Shown: positions 1 through 12,100 of the stretch, piece by piece
Layout: each line of letters opens with the position of its first letter
Position numbering within the stretch: the first letter of the stretch is position 1
NCBI RefSeq assembly: GCF_964204645.1
Contig: NW_027437467.1
Span: 1 to 64,000, forward strand
DNA from: Tubulanus polymorphus
Taxonomy: Eukaryota > Animalia > Nemertea
Length of the DNA: 64,000 nt
Direction: 5' to 3'
Program-made: the position numbers and the translations under genes
The notes under the pieces: model-generated
Database searches by the model: none
What the model was told of the DNA's origin: nothing
What the model saw: only the letters and a program-made list of their open reading frames with translations

Positions 1-58
1 CCTGACGATTTGAGCGCTTTTACGCATCGACATTGTCGTTTTACCGATAGGGAGAATA

Positions 59-108
59 TTCGACACGAAAACGTCTTTTCTCGCGCTGAACGACGTTTTC
101 GCGTCGAA
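59..108. other. 17-bp inverted repeat with 16-bp spacer present in each monomer (first copy shown)
   Basis: TTCGACACGAAAACGTC (59-75) versus GACGTTTTCGCGTCGAA (92-108): 16/17 complementary in this allele. Dyad axis at 83/84 within CGCG. Confidence 0.93.
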
Positions 109-3100
109 AAGTGCTTTTCCTGACGATTTGAGCGCTTTTACGCATCGACATTGTCGTTTTACCGATAGTGAGAATATTCGATACGAAAACGACTTTTCTC
201 GCGCTGAACGACGTTTTCGGGTCGAAAAGTGCTTTTCCTGACGATTTGAGCGCTTTTTCGCATCGGCATTGTCGTTTTTCCGATAGGGGGAATATTCGAT
301 ACGAAAACGTCTTTTCTCGCGCCGAACGACGTTTTCGCGTCGAAAAGTGCTTTTCCTGACGATTTGAGCGCTTTTACGCATCGGCATTGTCGTTTTTCCG
401 ATAGGGGGAATATTCGATACGAAAACGTCTTTTCTCGCGCTGAACGACGTTTTCGGGTCGAAAAGTGCTTTTCCTGACGATTTGAGCGCTTTTACGCATC
501 GGCATTGTCGTTTTTCCGATAGGGGGAATATTTGATAAGAAAACGTCTTTTCTCGCGCTGAACTACGTTTTCGCGTCGAAAAGTGCTTTTCCTGACGATT
601 TGAGCGCTTTTACGCATCGGCATTGTCGTTTTTCCGATAGGGGGAATATTCGATACGAAAAAGTCTTTTCTCGCGCCGAACGACGTTTTCGCGTCGAAAA
701 GTGCTTTTCCTGACGATTTGAGCGCTTTTACGCATCGACATTGTCGTTTTTCCGATAGGGGGAATATTCGATACGAAAACGTCTTTTCTCGCGCCGAACG
801 ACGTTTTCGCGTCGAAAAGTGCTTTTCCTGACGATTTGAGCGCTTTTACGCATCGGCATTGTCGTTTTTCCGATAGGGGGAATATTCGATACGAAAACGT
901 CTTTTCTCGCGCCGAACGACGTTTTCGCGTCGAAAAGTGCTTTTCCTGACGATTTGAGCGCTTTTACGCATCGACATTGTCGTTTTTCCGATAGGGGGAA
1001 TATTCGATACGAAAACGTCTTTTCTCGCGCCGAACGACGTTTTCGCGTCGAAAAGTGCTTTTCCTGACGATTTGAGCGCTTTTACGCATCGGCATTGTCG
1101 TTTTTCCGATAGGGGGAATATTCGATACGAAAACGTCTTTTCTCGCGCCGAACGACGTTTTCGCGTCGAAAAGTGCTTTTCCTGACGATTTGAGCGCTTT
1201 TACGCATCGGCATTGTCGTTTTTCCGATAGGGGGAATATTCGATACGAAAACGTCTTTTCTCGCGCCGAACGACGTTTTCGCGTCGAAAAGTGCTTTTCC
1301 TGACGATTTGAGCGCTTTTACGCATCGACATTGTCGTTTTACCGATAGTGAGAAAATTCGATACGAAAACGTCTTTTCTCGCGCCGAACGACGTTTTCGC
1401 GTCGAAAAGTGCTTTTCCTGACGATTTGAGCGCTTTTACGCATCGACATTGTCGTTTTACCGATAGTGAGAATATTCGATACGAAAACGTCTTTTCTCGC
1501 GCTGAACGACGTTTTCGCGTCGAAAAGTGCTTTTCCTGACGATTTGAGCGCTTTTACGCATCGGCATTGTCGTTTTTCCGATAGGGGGAATATTCGAAAA
1601 GAAAACGTCTTTTCTCGCGCTGAGCGACGTTTTCGCGTCGAAAAGTGCTTTTCCTGACGATTTGAGCGCTTTTACGCATCGGCATTGTCGTTTTTCCGAT
1701 AGGGGGAATATTCGAAAAGAAAACGTCTTTTCTCGCGCTGAGCGACGTTTTCGCGTCGAAATGTGCTTTTCCTGACGATTTGAGCGCTTTTACGCATCGG
1801 CATTGTCGTTTTTCCGATAGGGGGAATATTCGAAAAGAAAACGTCTTTTCTCGCGCTGAACTACGTTTTCGCGTCGAAAAGTGCTTTTTCCTGACGATTT
1901 GAGCGCTTTTACGCATCGACATTGTCGTTTTACCGATAGGGAGAATATTCGACACGAAAACGTCTTTTCTCGCGCCGAACGACGTTTTCGGGTCGAAAAG
2001 TGCTTTTCCTGACGATTTGAGCGCTTTTACGCATCGGCATTGTCGATTTTCCGATAGGGGGAATATTTGATAAGAAAACGTCTTTTCTCGCGCTGAACTA
2101 CGTTTTCGCGTCGAAAAGTGCTTTTCCTGACGATTTGAGCGCTTTTACGCATCGGCATTGTCGTTTTTCCGATAGGGGGAATATTCGATACGAAAACGTC
2201 TTTTCTCGCGCCGAACGACGTTTTCGCGTCGAAAAGTGCTTTTCCTGACGATTTGAGCGCTTTTACGCATCGGCATTGTCGTTTTTCCGATAGGGGGAAT
2301 ATTCGATACGAAAACGTCTTTTCTCGCGCCGAACGACGTTTTCGCGTCGAAAAGTGCTTTTCCTGACGATTTGAGCGCTTTTACGCATCGACATTGTCGT
2401 TTTACCGATAGTGAGAATATTCGATACGAAAACGTCTTTTCTCGCGCCGAACGACGTTTTCGCGTCGAAAAGTGCTTTTCCTGACGATTTGAGCGCTTTT
2501 ACGCATCGACATTGTCGTTTTACCGATAGTGAGAATATTCGATACGAAAACGTCTTTTCTCGCGCTGAACGACGTTTTCGCGTCGAAAAGTGCTTTTCCT
2601 GACGATTTGAGCGCTTTTACGCATCGGCATTGTCGTTTTTCCGATAGGGGGAATATTCGAAAAGAAAACGTCTTTTCTCGCGCTGAGCGACGTTTTCGCG
2701 TCGAAAAGTGCTTTTCCTGACGATTTGAGCGCTTTTACGCATCGGCATTGTCGTTTTTCCGATAGGGGGAATATTCGATACGAAAACGTCTTTTCTCGCG
2801 CCGAACGACGTTTTCGCGTCGAAAAGTGCTTTTCCTGACGATTTGAGCGCTTTTACGCATCGGCATTGTCGTTTTTCCGATAGGGGGAATATTCGAAAAG
2901 AAAACGTCTTTTCTCGCGCTGAACTACGTTTTCGCGTCGAAAAGTGCTTTTCCTGACGATTTGAGCGCTTTTACGCTTCGACATTGTCGTTTTACCGATA
3001 GTGAGAATATTCGATACGAAAACGTCTTTTCTCGCGCTGAACGACGTTTTCGCGTCGAAAAGTGCTTTTCCTGAAGATTTGAGCGCTTTTACGCATCGAC

Positions 3101-6100
3101 ATTGTCGTTTTTCCGATAGGGGGAATATTGGATAAGAAAACGTCTTTTCTCGCGCTGAACGACGTTTTCGCGTCGAAAAGTGCTTTTCCTGACGATTTGA
3201 GCGCTTTTACGCATCGACATTGTCGTTTTTCCGATAGGGGGAATATTCGAAAAGAAAACGTCTTTTCTCGCGCTGAGCGACGTTTTCGCGTCGAAAAGTG
3301 CTTTTCCTGACGATTTGAGCGCTTTTACGCATCGACATTGTCGTTTTACCGATAGTGAGAATATTCGATACGAAAACGTCTTTTCTCGCGCTGAACGACG
3401 TTTTCGCGTCGAAAAGTGCTTTTCCTGACGATTTGAGCGCTTTTACGCATCGGCATTGTCGTTTTTCCGATAGGGGGAATATACGAAAAGAAAACGTCTT
3501 TTCTCGCGCTGAGCGACGTTTTCGCGTCGAAAAGTGCTTTTCCTGACGATTTGAGCGCTTTTACGCATCGACATTGTCGTTTTACCGATAGTGAGAATAT
3601 TCGACACGAAAACGTCTTTTCTCGCGCTGAACGACGTTTTCGCGTCGAAAAGTGCTTTTCCTGACGATTTGAGCGCTTTTACGCATCGGCATTGTCGTTT
3701 TTCCGATAGGGGGAATATTCGAAAAGAAAACGTCTTTTCTCGCGCAGAGCGACGTTTTCGCGTCGAAAAGTGCTTTTCCTGACGATTTGAGCGCTTTTAC
3801 GCATCGGCATTGTCGTTTTTCCGATAGGGGGAATATTCGAAAAGAAAACGTCTTTTCTCGCGCAGAGCGACGTTTTCGCGTCGAAAAGTGCTTTTCCTGA
3901 CGATTTGAGCGCTTTTACGCATCGACATTGTCGTTTTTCCGATAGGGAGAATATTTGATAAGAAAACGTCTTTTCTCGCGCTGAACTACGTTTTCGCGTC
4001 GAAAAGTGCTTTTCCTGACGATTTGAGCGCTTTTACGCATCGACATTGTCGTTTTACCGATAGGGAGAATATTCGACACGAAAACGTCTTTTCTCGCGCT
4101 GAACGACGTTTTCGCGTCCAATAGTGCTTTTCCTGACGATTTGAGCGCTTTTACGCATCGACATTGTCGTTTTACCGATAGTGAGAATATTCGATACGAA
4201 AACGACTTTTCTCGCGCTGAACGACGTTTTCGGGTCGAAAAGTGCTTTTCCTGACGATTTGAGCGCTTTTACGCATCGGCATTGTCGTTTTTCCGATAGG
4301 GGGAATATTTGATACGAAAACGTCTTTTCTCGCGCTGAGCGACGTTTTCGCGTCGAAAAGTGCTTTTCCTGACGATTTGAGCGCTTTTACGCATCGGCAT
4401 TGTCGTTTTTCCGATAGGGGGAATATTCGAAAAGAAAACGTCTTTTCTCGCGCTGAGCGACGTTTTCGCGTCGAAAAGTGCTTTTCCTGACGATTTGAGC
4501 GCTTTTACGCATCGGCATTGTCGTTTTTCCGATAGGGGGAATATTCGATACGAAAACGTCTTTTCTCGCGCCGAACGACGTTTTCGCGTCGAAAAGTGCT
4601 TTTCCTGACGATTTGAGCGCTTTTACGCATCGGCATTGTCGTTTTTCCGATAGGGGGAATATTCGATACGAAAACGTCTTTTCTCGCGCCGAACGACGTT
4701 TTCGCGTCGAAAAGTGCTTTTCCTGACGATTTGAGCGCTTTTACGCATCGACATTGTCGTTTTACCGATAGTGAGAATATTCGATACGAAAACGTCTTTT
4801 CTCGCGCTGAACGACGTTTTCGCGTCGAAAAGTGCTTTTCCTGACGATTTGAGCGCTTTTACGCATCGGCATTGTCGTTTTTCCGATAGGGGGAATATTC
4901 GAAAAGAAAACGTCTTTTCTCGCGCTGAGCGACGTTTTCGCGTCGAAAAGTGCTTTTCCTGACGATTTGAGCGCTTTTACGCATCGGCATTGTCGTTTTT
5001 CCGATAGGGGGAATATTCGAAAAGAAAACGTCTTTTCTCGCGCTGAGCGACGTTTTCGCGTCGAAAAGTGCTTTTCCTGACGATTTGAGCGCTTTTACGC
5101 ATCGGCATTGTCGTTTTTCCGATAGGGGGAATATTCGAAAAGAAAACGTCTTTTCTCGCGCTGAACTACGTTTTCGCGTCGAAAAGTGCTTTTCCTGACG
5201 ATTTGAGCGCTTTTACGCTTCGACATTGTCGTTTTACCGATAGTGAGAATATTCGATACGAAAACGTCTTTTCTCGCGCTGAACGACGTTTTCGCGTCGA
5301 AAAGTGCTTTTCCTGACGATTTGAGCGCTTTTACGCATCGACATTGTCGTTTTTCCGATAGGGGGAATATTTGATAAGAAAACGTCTTTTCTCGCGCTGA
5401 ACGACGTTTTCGCGTCGAAAAGTGCTTTTCCTGACGATTTGAGCGCTTTTACGCATCGGCATTGTCGTTTTTCCGATAGGGTGAATATTCGATACGAAAA
5501 CGTCTTTTCTCGCGCTGAACGACGTTTTCGCGTCGAAAAGTGCTTTTCCTGACGATTTGAGCGCTTTTACGCATCGGCATTGTCGTTTTTCCGATAGGGG
5601 GAATATTCGATACGAAAACGTCTTTTCTCGCGCTGAACGACGTTTTCGCGTCGAAAAGTGCTTTTCCTGACGATTTGAGCGCTTTTACGCATCGACATTG
5701 TCGTTTTTCCGATAGGGGGAATATTCGAAAAGAAAACGTCTTTTCTCGCGCTGAGCGACGTTTTCGCGTCGAAAAGTGCTTTTCCTGACGATTTGAGCGC
5801 TTTTACGCATCGACATTGTCGTTTTTCCGATAGGGGGAATATTCGACACGAAAACGTCTTTTCTCGCGCTGAGCGACGTTTTCGCGTCGAAAAGTGCTTT
5901 TCCTGACGATTTGAGCGCTTTTACGCATCGACATTGTCGTTTTACCGATAGGGAGAATATTCGAAAAGAAAACGTCTTTTCTCGCGCTGAGCGACGTTTT
6001 CGCGTCAAAAAGTGCTTTTCCTGACGATTTGAGCGCTTTTACGCATCGGCATTGTCGTTTTTCCGATAGGGGGAATATTCGATACGAAAACGTCTTTTCT

Positions 6101-9100
6101 CGCGCTGAACGACGTTTTCGCGTCGAAAAGTGCTTTTCCTGACGATTTGAGCGCTTTTACGCATCGACATTGTCGTTTTTCCGATAGGGGGAATATTCGA
6201 AAAGAAAACGTCTTTTCTCGCGCTGAGCGACGTTTTCGCGTCGAAAAGTGCTTTTCCTGACGATTTGAGCGCTTTTACGCATCGGCATTGTCGTTTTTCC
6301 GATAGGGGGAATATTCGAAAAGAAAACGTCTTTTCTCGCGCTGAACTACGTTTTCGCGTCGAAAAGTGCTTTTCCTGACGATTTGAGCGCTTTTACGCTT
6401 CGACATTGTCGTTTTACCGATAGTGAGAATATTCGATACGAAAACGTCTTTTCTCGCGCTGAACGACGTTTTCGCGTCGAAAAGTGCTTTTCCTGATGAT
6501 TTGAGCGCTTTTACGCATCGACATTGTTGTTTTTTCCGATAGGGGGAATATTCGAAAAGAAAACGTCTTTTCTCGCGCTGAACGACGTTTTCGCGTCGAA
6601 AAGTGCTTTTCCTGACGATTTGAGCCCTTTTACGCATCGGCATTGTCGTTTTTACGATAGGGCGAATATTCGATACGAAAACGTCTTTTCTCGCGCTGAA
6701 CGACGTTTTCGGGTCGAAAAGTGCTTTTCCTGACGATTTGAGCGCTTTTACGCATCGGCATTGTCGTTTTTCCGATAGGGGGAATATTCGAAAAGAAAAC
6801 GTCTTTTCTCGCGCTGAGCGACGTTTTCGCGTCGAAAAGTGCTTTTCCTGACGATTTGAGCGCTTTTACGCATCGGCATTGTCGTTTTTCCGATAGGGGG
6901 AATATTCGAAAAGAAAACGTCCTTTCTCGCGCTGAGCGACGTTTTCGCGTCGAAAAGTGCTTTTCCTGACGATTTGAGCGCTTTTACGCATCGGCATTGT
7001 CGTTTTTCCGATAGGGGGAATATTCGATACGAAAACGTCTTTTCTCGCGCCGAACGACGTTTTCGCGTCGAAAAGTGCTTTTCCTGACGATTTGAGCGCT
7101 TTTACGCATCGGCATTGTCGTTTTTCCGATAGGGGGAATATTCGATACGAAAACGTCTTTTCTCGCGCCGAACGACGTTTTCGCGTCGAAAAGTGCTTTT
7201 CCTGACGATTTGAGCGCTTTTACGCATCGACATTGTCGTTTTACCGATAGTGAGAATATTCGATACGAAAACGTCTTTTCTCGCGCTGAACGACGTTTTC
7301 GCGTCGAAAAGTGCTTTTCCTGACGATTTGAGCGCTTTTACGCATCGGCATTGTCGTTTTTCCGATAGGGGGAATATTCGAAAAGAAAACGTCTTTTCTC
7401 GCGCTGAGCGACGTTTTCGCGTCGAAAAGTGCTTTTCCTGACGATTTGAGCGCTTTTACGCATCGGCATTGTCGTTTTTCCGATAGGGGGAAAATTCGAT
7501 ACGAAAACGTCTTTTCTCGCGCCGAACGACGTTTTCGCGTCGAAAAGTGCTTTTCCTGACGATTTGAGCGCTTTTACGCATCGGCATTGTCGTTTTTCCG
7601 ATAGGGGGAATATTCGATACGAAAACGTCTTTTCTCGCGCTGAACGACGTTTTCGCGTCGAAAAGTGCTTTTCCTGACGATTTGAGCGCTTTTACGCATC
7701 GACATTGTCGTTTTTCCGATAGGGGGAATATTCGAAAAGAAAACGTCTTTTCTCGCGCTGAGCGACGTTTTCGCGTCGAAAAGTGCTTTTCCTGACGATT
7801 TGAGCGCTTTTACGCATCGACATTGTCGTTTTTCCGATAGGGGGAATATTCGACACGAAAACGTCTTTTCTCGCGCTGAGCGACGTTTTCGCGTCGAAAA
7901 GTGCTTTTCCTGACGATTTGAGCGCTTTTACGCATCGACATTGTCGTTTTACCGATAGGGAGAATATTCGACACGAAAACGTCTTTTCTCGCGCCGAACG
8001 ACGTTTTCGCGTCGAAAAGTGCTTTTCCTGACGATTTGAGCGCTTTAACGCATCGGCATTGTCGTTTTTCCGATAGGGAGAATATTCGACACGAAAACGT
8101 CTTTTCTCGCGCTGAACGACGTTTTCGCGTCGAAAAGTGCTTTTCCTGACGATTTGAGCGCTTTTACGCATCGACATTGTCGTTTTACCGATAGGGAGAA
8201 TATTCGACACGAAAACGTCTTTTCTCGCGCTGAACGACGTTTTCGCGTCGAAAAGTGCTTTTCCTGACGATTTGAGCGCTTTTACGCATCGGCATTGTCG
8301 TTTTACCGATAGGGAGAATATTCGACACGAAAACGTCTTTTCTCGCGCTGAACGACGTTTTCGCGTCGAAAAGTGCTTTTCCTGACGATTTGAGCGCTTT
8401 TACGCATCGGCATTGTCGTTTTACCGATAGGGAGAATATTCGACACGAAAACGTCTTTTCTCGCGCTGAACGACGTTTTCGCGTCGAAAAGTGCTTTTCC
8501 TGACGATTTGAGCGCTTTTACGCATCGACATTGTCGTTTTACCGATAGGGAGAATATTCGACACGAAAACGTCTTTTCTCGCGCTGAACGACGTTTTCGC
8601 GTCGAAAAGTGCTTTTCCTGACGATTTGAGCGCTTTTACGCATCGGCATTGTCGTTTTTCCGATAGGGGGAATATTCGATACGAAAACGTCTTTTCTCGC
8701 GCTGAACGACGTTTTCGCGTCGAAAAGTGCTTTTCCTGGCGATTTGAGCGCTTTTACGCATCGACATTGTCGTTTTACCGATAGGGAGAATATTCGACAC
8801 GAAAACGTCTTTTCTCGCGCCGAACGACGTTTTCGCGTCGAAAAGTGCTTTTCCTGACGATTTGAGCGCTTTTACGCATCGGCATTGTCGTTTTTCCGAT
8901 AGGGGGAATATTCGATACGAAAACGTCTTTTCTCGCGTCGAAAAGTGCTTTTCCTGACGATTTGAGCGCTTTTACGCATCGGCATTGTCGTTTTTCCGAT
9001 AGGGGGAATATTCGATACGAAAACGTCTTTTCTCGCGCCGAACGACGTTTTCGCGTCGAAAAGTGCTTTTCCTGACGATTTGAGCGCTTTTACGCATCGA

Positions 9101-12100
9101 CATTGTCGTTTTACCGATAGGGAGAATATTCGACACGAAAACGTCTTTTCTCGCGCTGAGCGACGTTTTCGCGTCGAAAAGTGCTTTTCCTGACGATTTG
9201 AGCGCTTTTACGCATCGGCATTGTCGTTTTTCCGATAGGGGGAATATCCGAAAAGAAAACGTCTTTTCTCGCGCTGAGCGACGTTTTCGCGTCGAAAATT
9301 GCTTTTCCTGACGATTTGAGCGCTTTTACGCATCGACATTGTCGTTTTTCCGATAGGGGGAATATTCGATAAGAAAACGTCTTTTCTCGCGCTGAACTAC
9401 GTTTTCGCGTCGAAAAGTGCTTTTCCTGACGATTTGAGCGCTTTTACGCATCGACATTGTCGTTTTACCGATAGGGAGAATATTCGACACGAAAACGTCT
9501 TTTCTCGCGCTAAACGACGTTTTCGCGTCGAAAAGTGCTTTTCCTGACGATTTGAGCGCTTTTACGCATCGACATTGTCGTTTTACCGATAGGGAGAATA
9601 TTCGACACGAAAACGTCTTTTCTCGCGCTTAGCGACGTTTTCGCGTCGAAAAGTGCTTTTCCTGACGATTTGAGCGCTTTTACGCATCGGCATTGTCGTT
9701 TTTCCGATAGGGGGAATATTCGAAAAGAAAACGTCTTTTCTCGCGCAGAGCGACGTTTTCGCGTCGAAAAGTGCTTTTCCTGACGATTTGAGCGCTTTTA
9801 CGCATCGGCATTGTCGTTTTTCCGATAGGGGGAATATTCGATACGAAAACGTCTTTTCTCGCGCCGAACGACGTTTTCGCGTCGAAAAGTGCTTTTCCTG
9901 ACGATTTGAGCGCTTTTACGCATCGACATTGTCGTTTTACCGATAGGGAGAAGATTCGACACGAAAACGTCTTTTCTCGCGCTGAGCGACGTTTTCGCGT
10001 CAAAAAGTGCTTTTCCTGACGATTTGAGCGCTTTTACGCATCGGCATTGTCGTTTTTCCGATAGGGGGAATATCCGAAAAGAAAACGTCTTTTCTCGCGC
10101 TGAGCGACGTTTTCGCGTCGAAAAGTGCTTTTCCTGACGATTTGAGCGCTTTTACGCATCGACATTGTCGTTTTACCGATAGTGAGAATATTCGATACGA
10201 AAACGTCTTTTCTCGCGCTGAACGACGTTTTCGCGTCGAAAAGTGCTTTTCCTGACGATTTGAGCGCTTTTACGCATCGACATTGTCGTTTTTCCGATAG
10301 GGGGAATATTGGATAAGAAAACGTCTTTTCTCGCGCTGAACTACGTTTTCGCGTCGAAAAGTGCTTTTCCTGACGATTTGAGCGCTTTTACGCATCGACA
10401 TTGTCGTTTTACCGATAGGGAGAATATTCGACACGAATACGTCTTTTCTCGCGCTAAACGACGTTTTCGCGTCGAAAAGTGCTTTTCCTGACGATTTGAG
10501 CGCTTTTACGCATCGACATTGTCGTTTTACCGATAGGGAGAATATTCGACACGAAAACGTCTTTTCTCGCGCTGAGCGACGTTTTCGCGTCGAAAAGTGC
10601 TTTTCCTGACGATTTGAGCGCTTTTACGCATCGGCATTGTCGTTTTTCCGATAGGGGGAATATTCGAAAAGAAAACGTCTTTTCTCGCGCAGAGCGACGT
10701 TTTCGCGTCGAAAAGTGCTTTTCCTGACGATTTGAGCGCTTTTACGCATCGGCATTGTCGTTTTTCCGATAGGGGGAATATTCGATAAGAAAACGTCTTT
10801 TCTCGCGCTGAACGACGTTTTCGCGTCGAAAAGTGCTTTTCCTGACGATTTGAGCGCTTTTACGCATCGGCATTGTCGTTTTTCCGATAGGAAGAATATT
10901 CAATACGAAAACGTCTTTTCTGGCGCCGAACGACGTTTTCGCGTCGAAAAGTGCTTTTCCTGACGATTTGAGCGCTTTTACGCATCGACATTGTCGTTTT
11001 ACCGATAGGGAGAATATTCGACACGAAAACGTCTTTTCTCGCTCTGAACGACGTTTTCGCGTCGAAAAGTGCTTTTCCTGACGATTTGAGCGCTTTTACG
11101 CATCGGCATTGTCGTTTTTCCGATAGGGGGAATATTCGAAAAGAAAACGTCTTTTCTCGCGCAGAGCGACGTTTTCGCGTCGAAAAGTGCTTTTCCTGAC
11201 GATTTGAGCGCTTTTACGCATCGGCATTGTCGTTTTTCCGATAGGGAGAATATTCGACACGAAAACGTCTTTTCTCGCGCTGAGCGACGTTTTCGCGTCG
11301 AAAAGTGCTTTTCCTGACGATTTGAGCGCTTTTACGCATCGGCATTGTCGTTTTTTCCGATAGGGGGAATATTCGAAAAGAAAACGTCTTTTCTCGCGCA
11401 GAGCGACGTTTTCGCGTCGAAAAGTGCTTTTCCTGACGATTTGAGCGCTTTTACGCATCGGCATTGTCGTTTTTCCGATAGGGGAATATTCGATACGAAA
11501 ACGTCTTTTCTCGCGCCGAACGACGTTTTCGCGTCGAAAAGTGCTTTTCCTGACGATTTGAGCGCTTTTACGCATCGGCATTGTCGTTTTTTCCGATAGG
11601 GGAATATTCGATACGAAACGTCTTTTCTCGCGCTGAACGACGTTTTCGCGTCGAAAAGTGCTTTCCTGACGATTTGAGCGCTTTTACGCATCGACATTGT
11701 CGTTTTTCCGATAGGGGGAATATTCGAAAAGAAAACGTCTTTTCTCGCGCTGAGCGACGTTTTCGCGTCGAAAAGTGCTTTTCCTGACGATTTGAGCGCT
11801 TTTACGCATCGGCATTGTCGTTTTTCCGATAGGGGGAATATTCGAAAAGAAAACGTCTTTTCTCGCGCAGAGCGACGTTTTCGCGTCGAAAAGTGCTTTT
11901 CCTGACGATTTGAGCGCTTTTACGCATCGGCATTGTCGTTTTTCCGATAGGGGGAATATTCGAAAAGAAAACGTCTTTTCTCGCGCAGAGCGACGTTTTC
12001 GCGTCGAAAAGTGCTTTTCCTGACGATTTGAGCGCTTTTACGCATCGGCATTGTCGTTTTTCCGATAGGGGGAATATTCGAAAAGAAAACGTCTTTTCTC

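Noticed and set aside
59-108. CENP-B box (TTCG....A..CGGG) suggested by TTCG and the CGGG allele
   Set aside because: I could not place the nine essential bases at the right spacing on either strand; the CGGG-anchored alignment I tried matched about 6 of 9.
1-118. 5S rRNA (~120 nt) or tRNA-derived tandem gene array
   Set aside because: The length is similar, but I see no resemblance to 5S rRNA or a tRNA cloverleaf, and multiple internal T4 runs would terminate Pol III.
284-290. G-run (TAGGGGG) as a telomeric or G-quadruplex motif
   Set aside because: Only one G-run per 118 bp, often interrupted (GGGAG, GTGAG), and no TTAGGG-type tandem repeat.
11340-11670. Cluster of single-base homopolymer indels suggesting a diverged patch
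   Set aside because: All are +/-1 changes in T, G or A runs and are not shared with paralogous blocks; most likely consensus errors.
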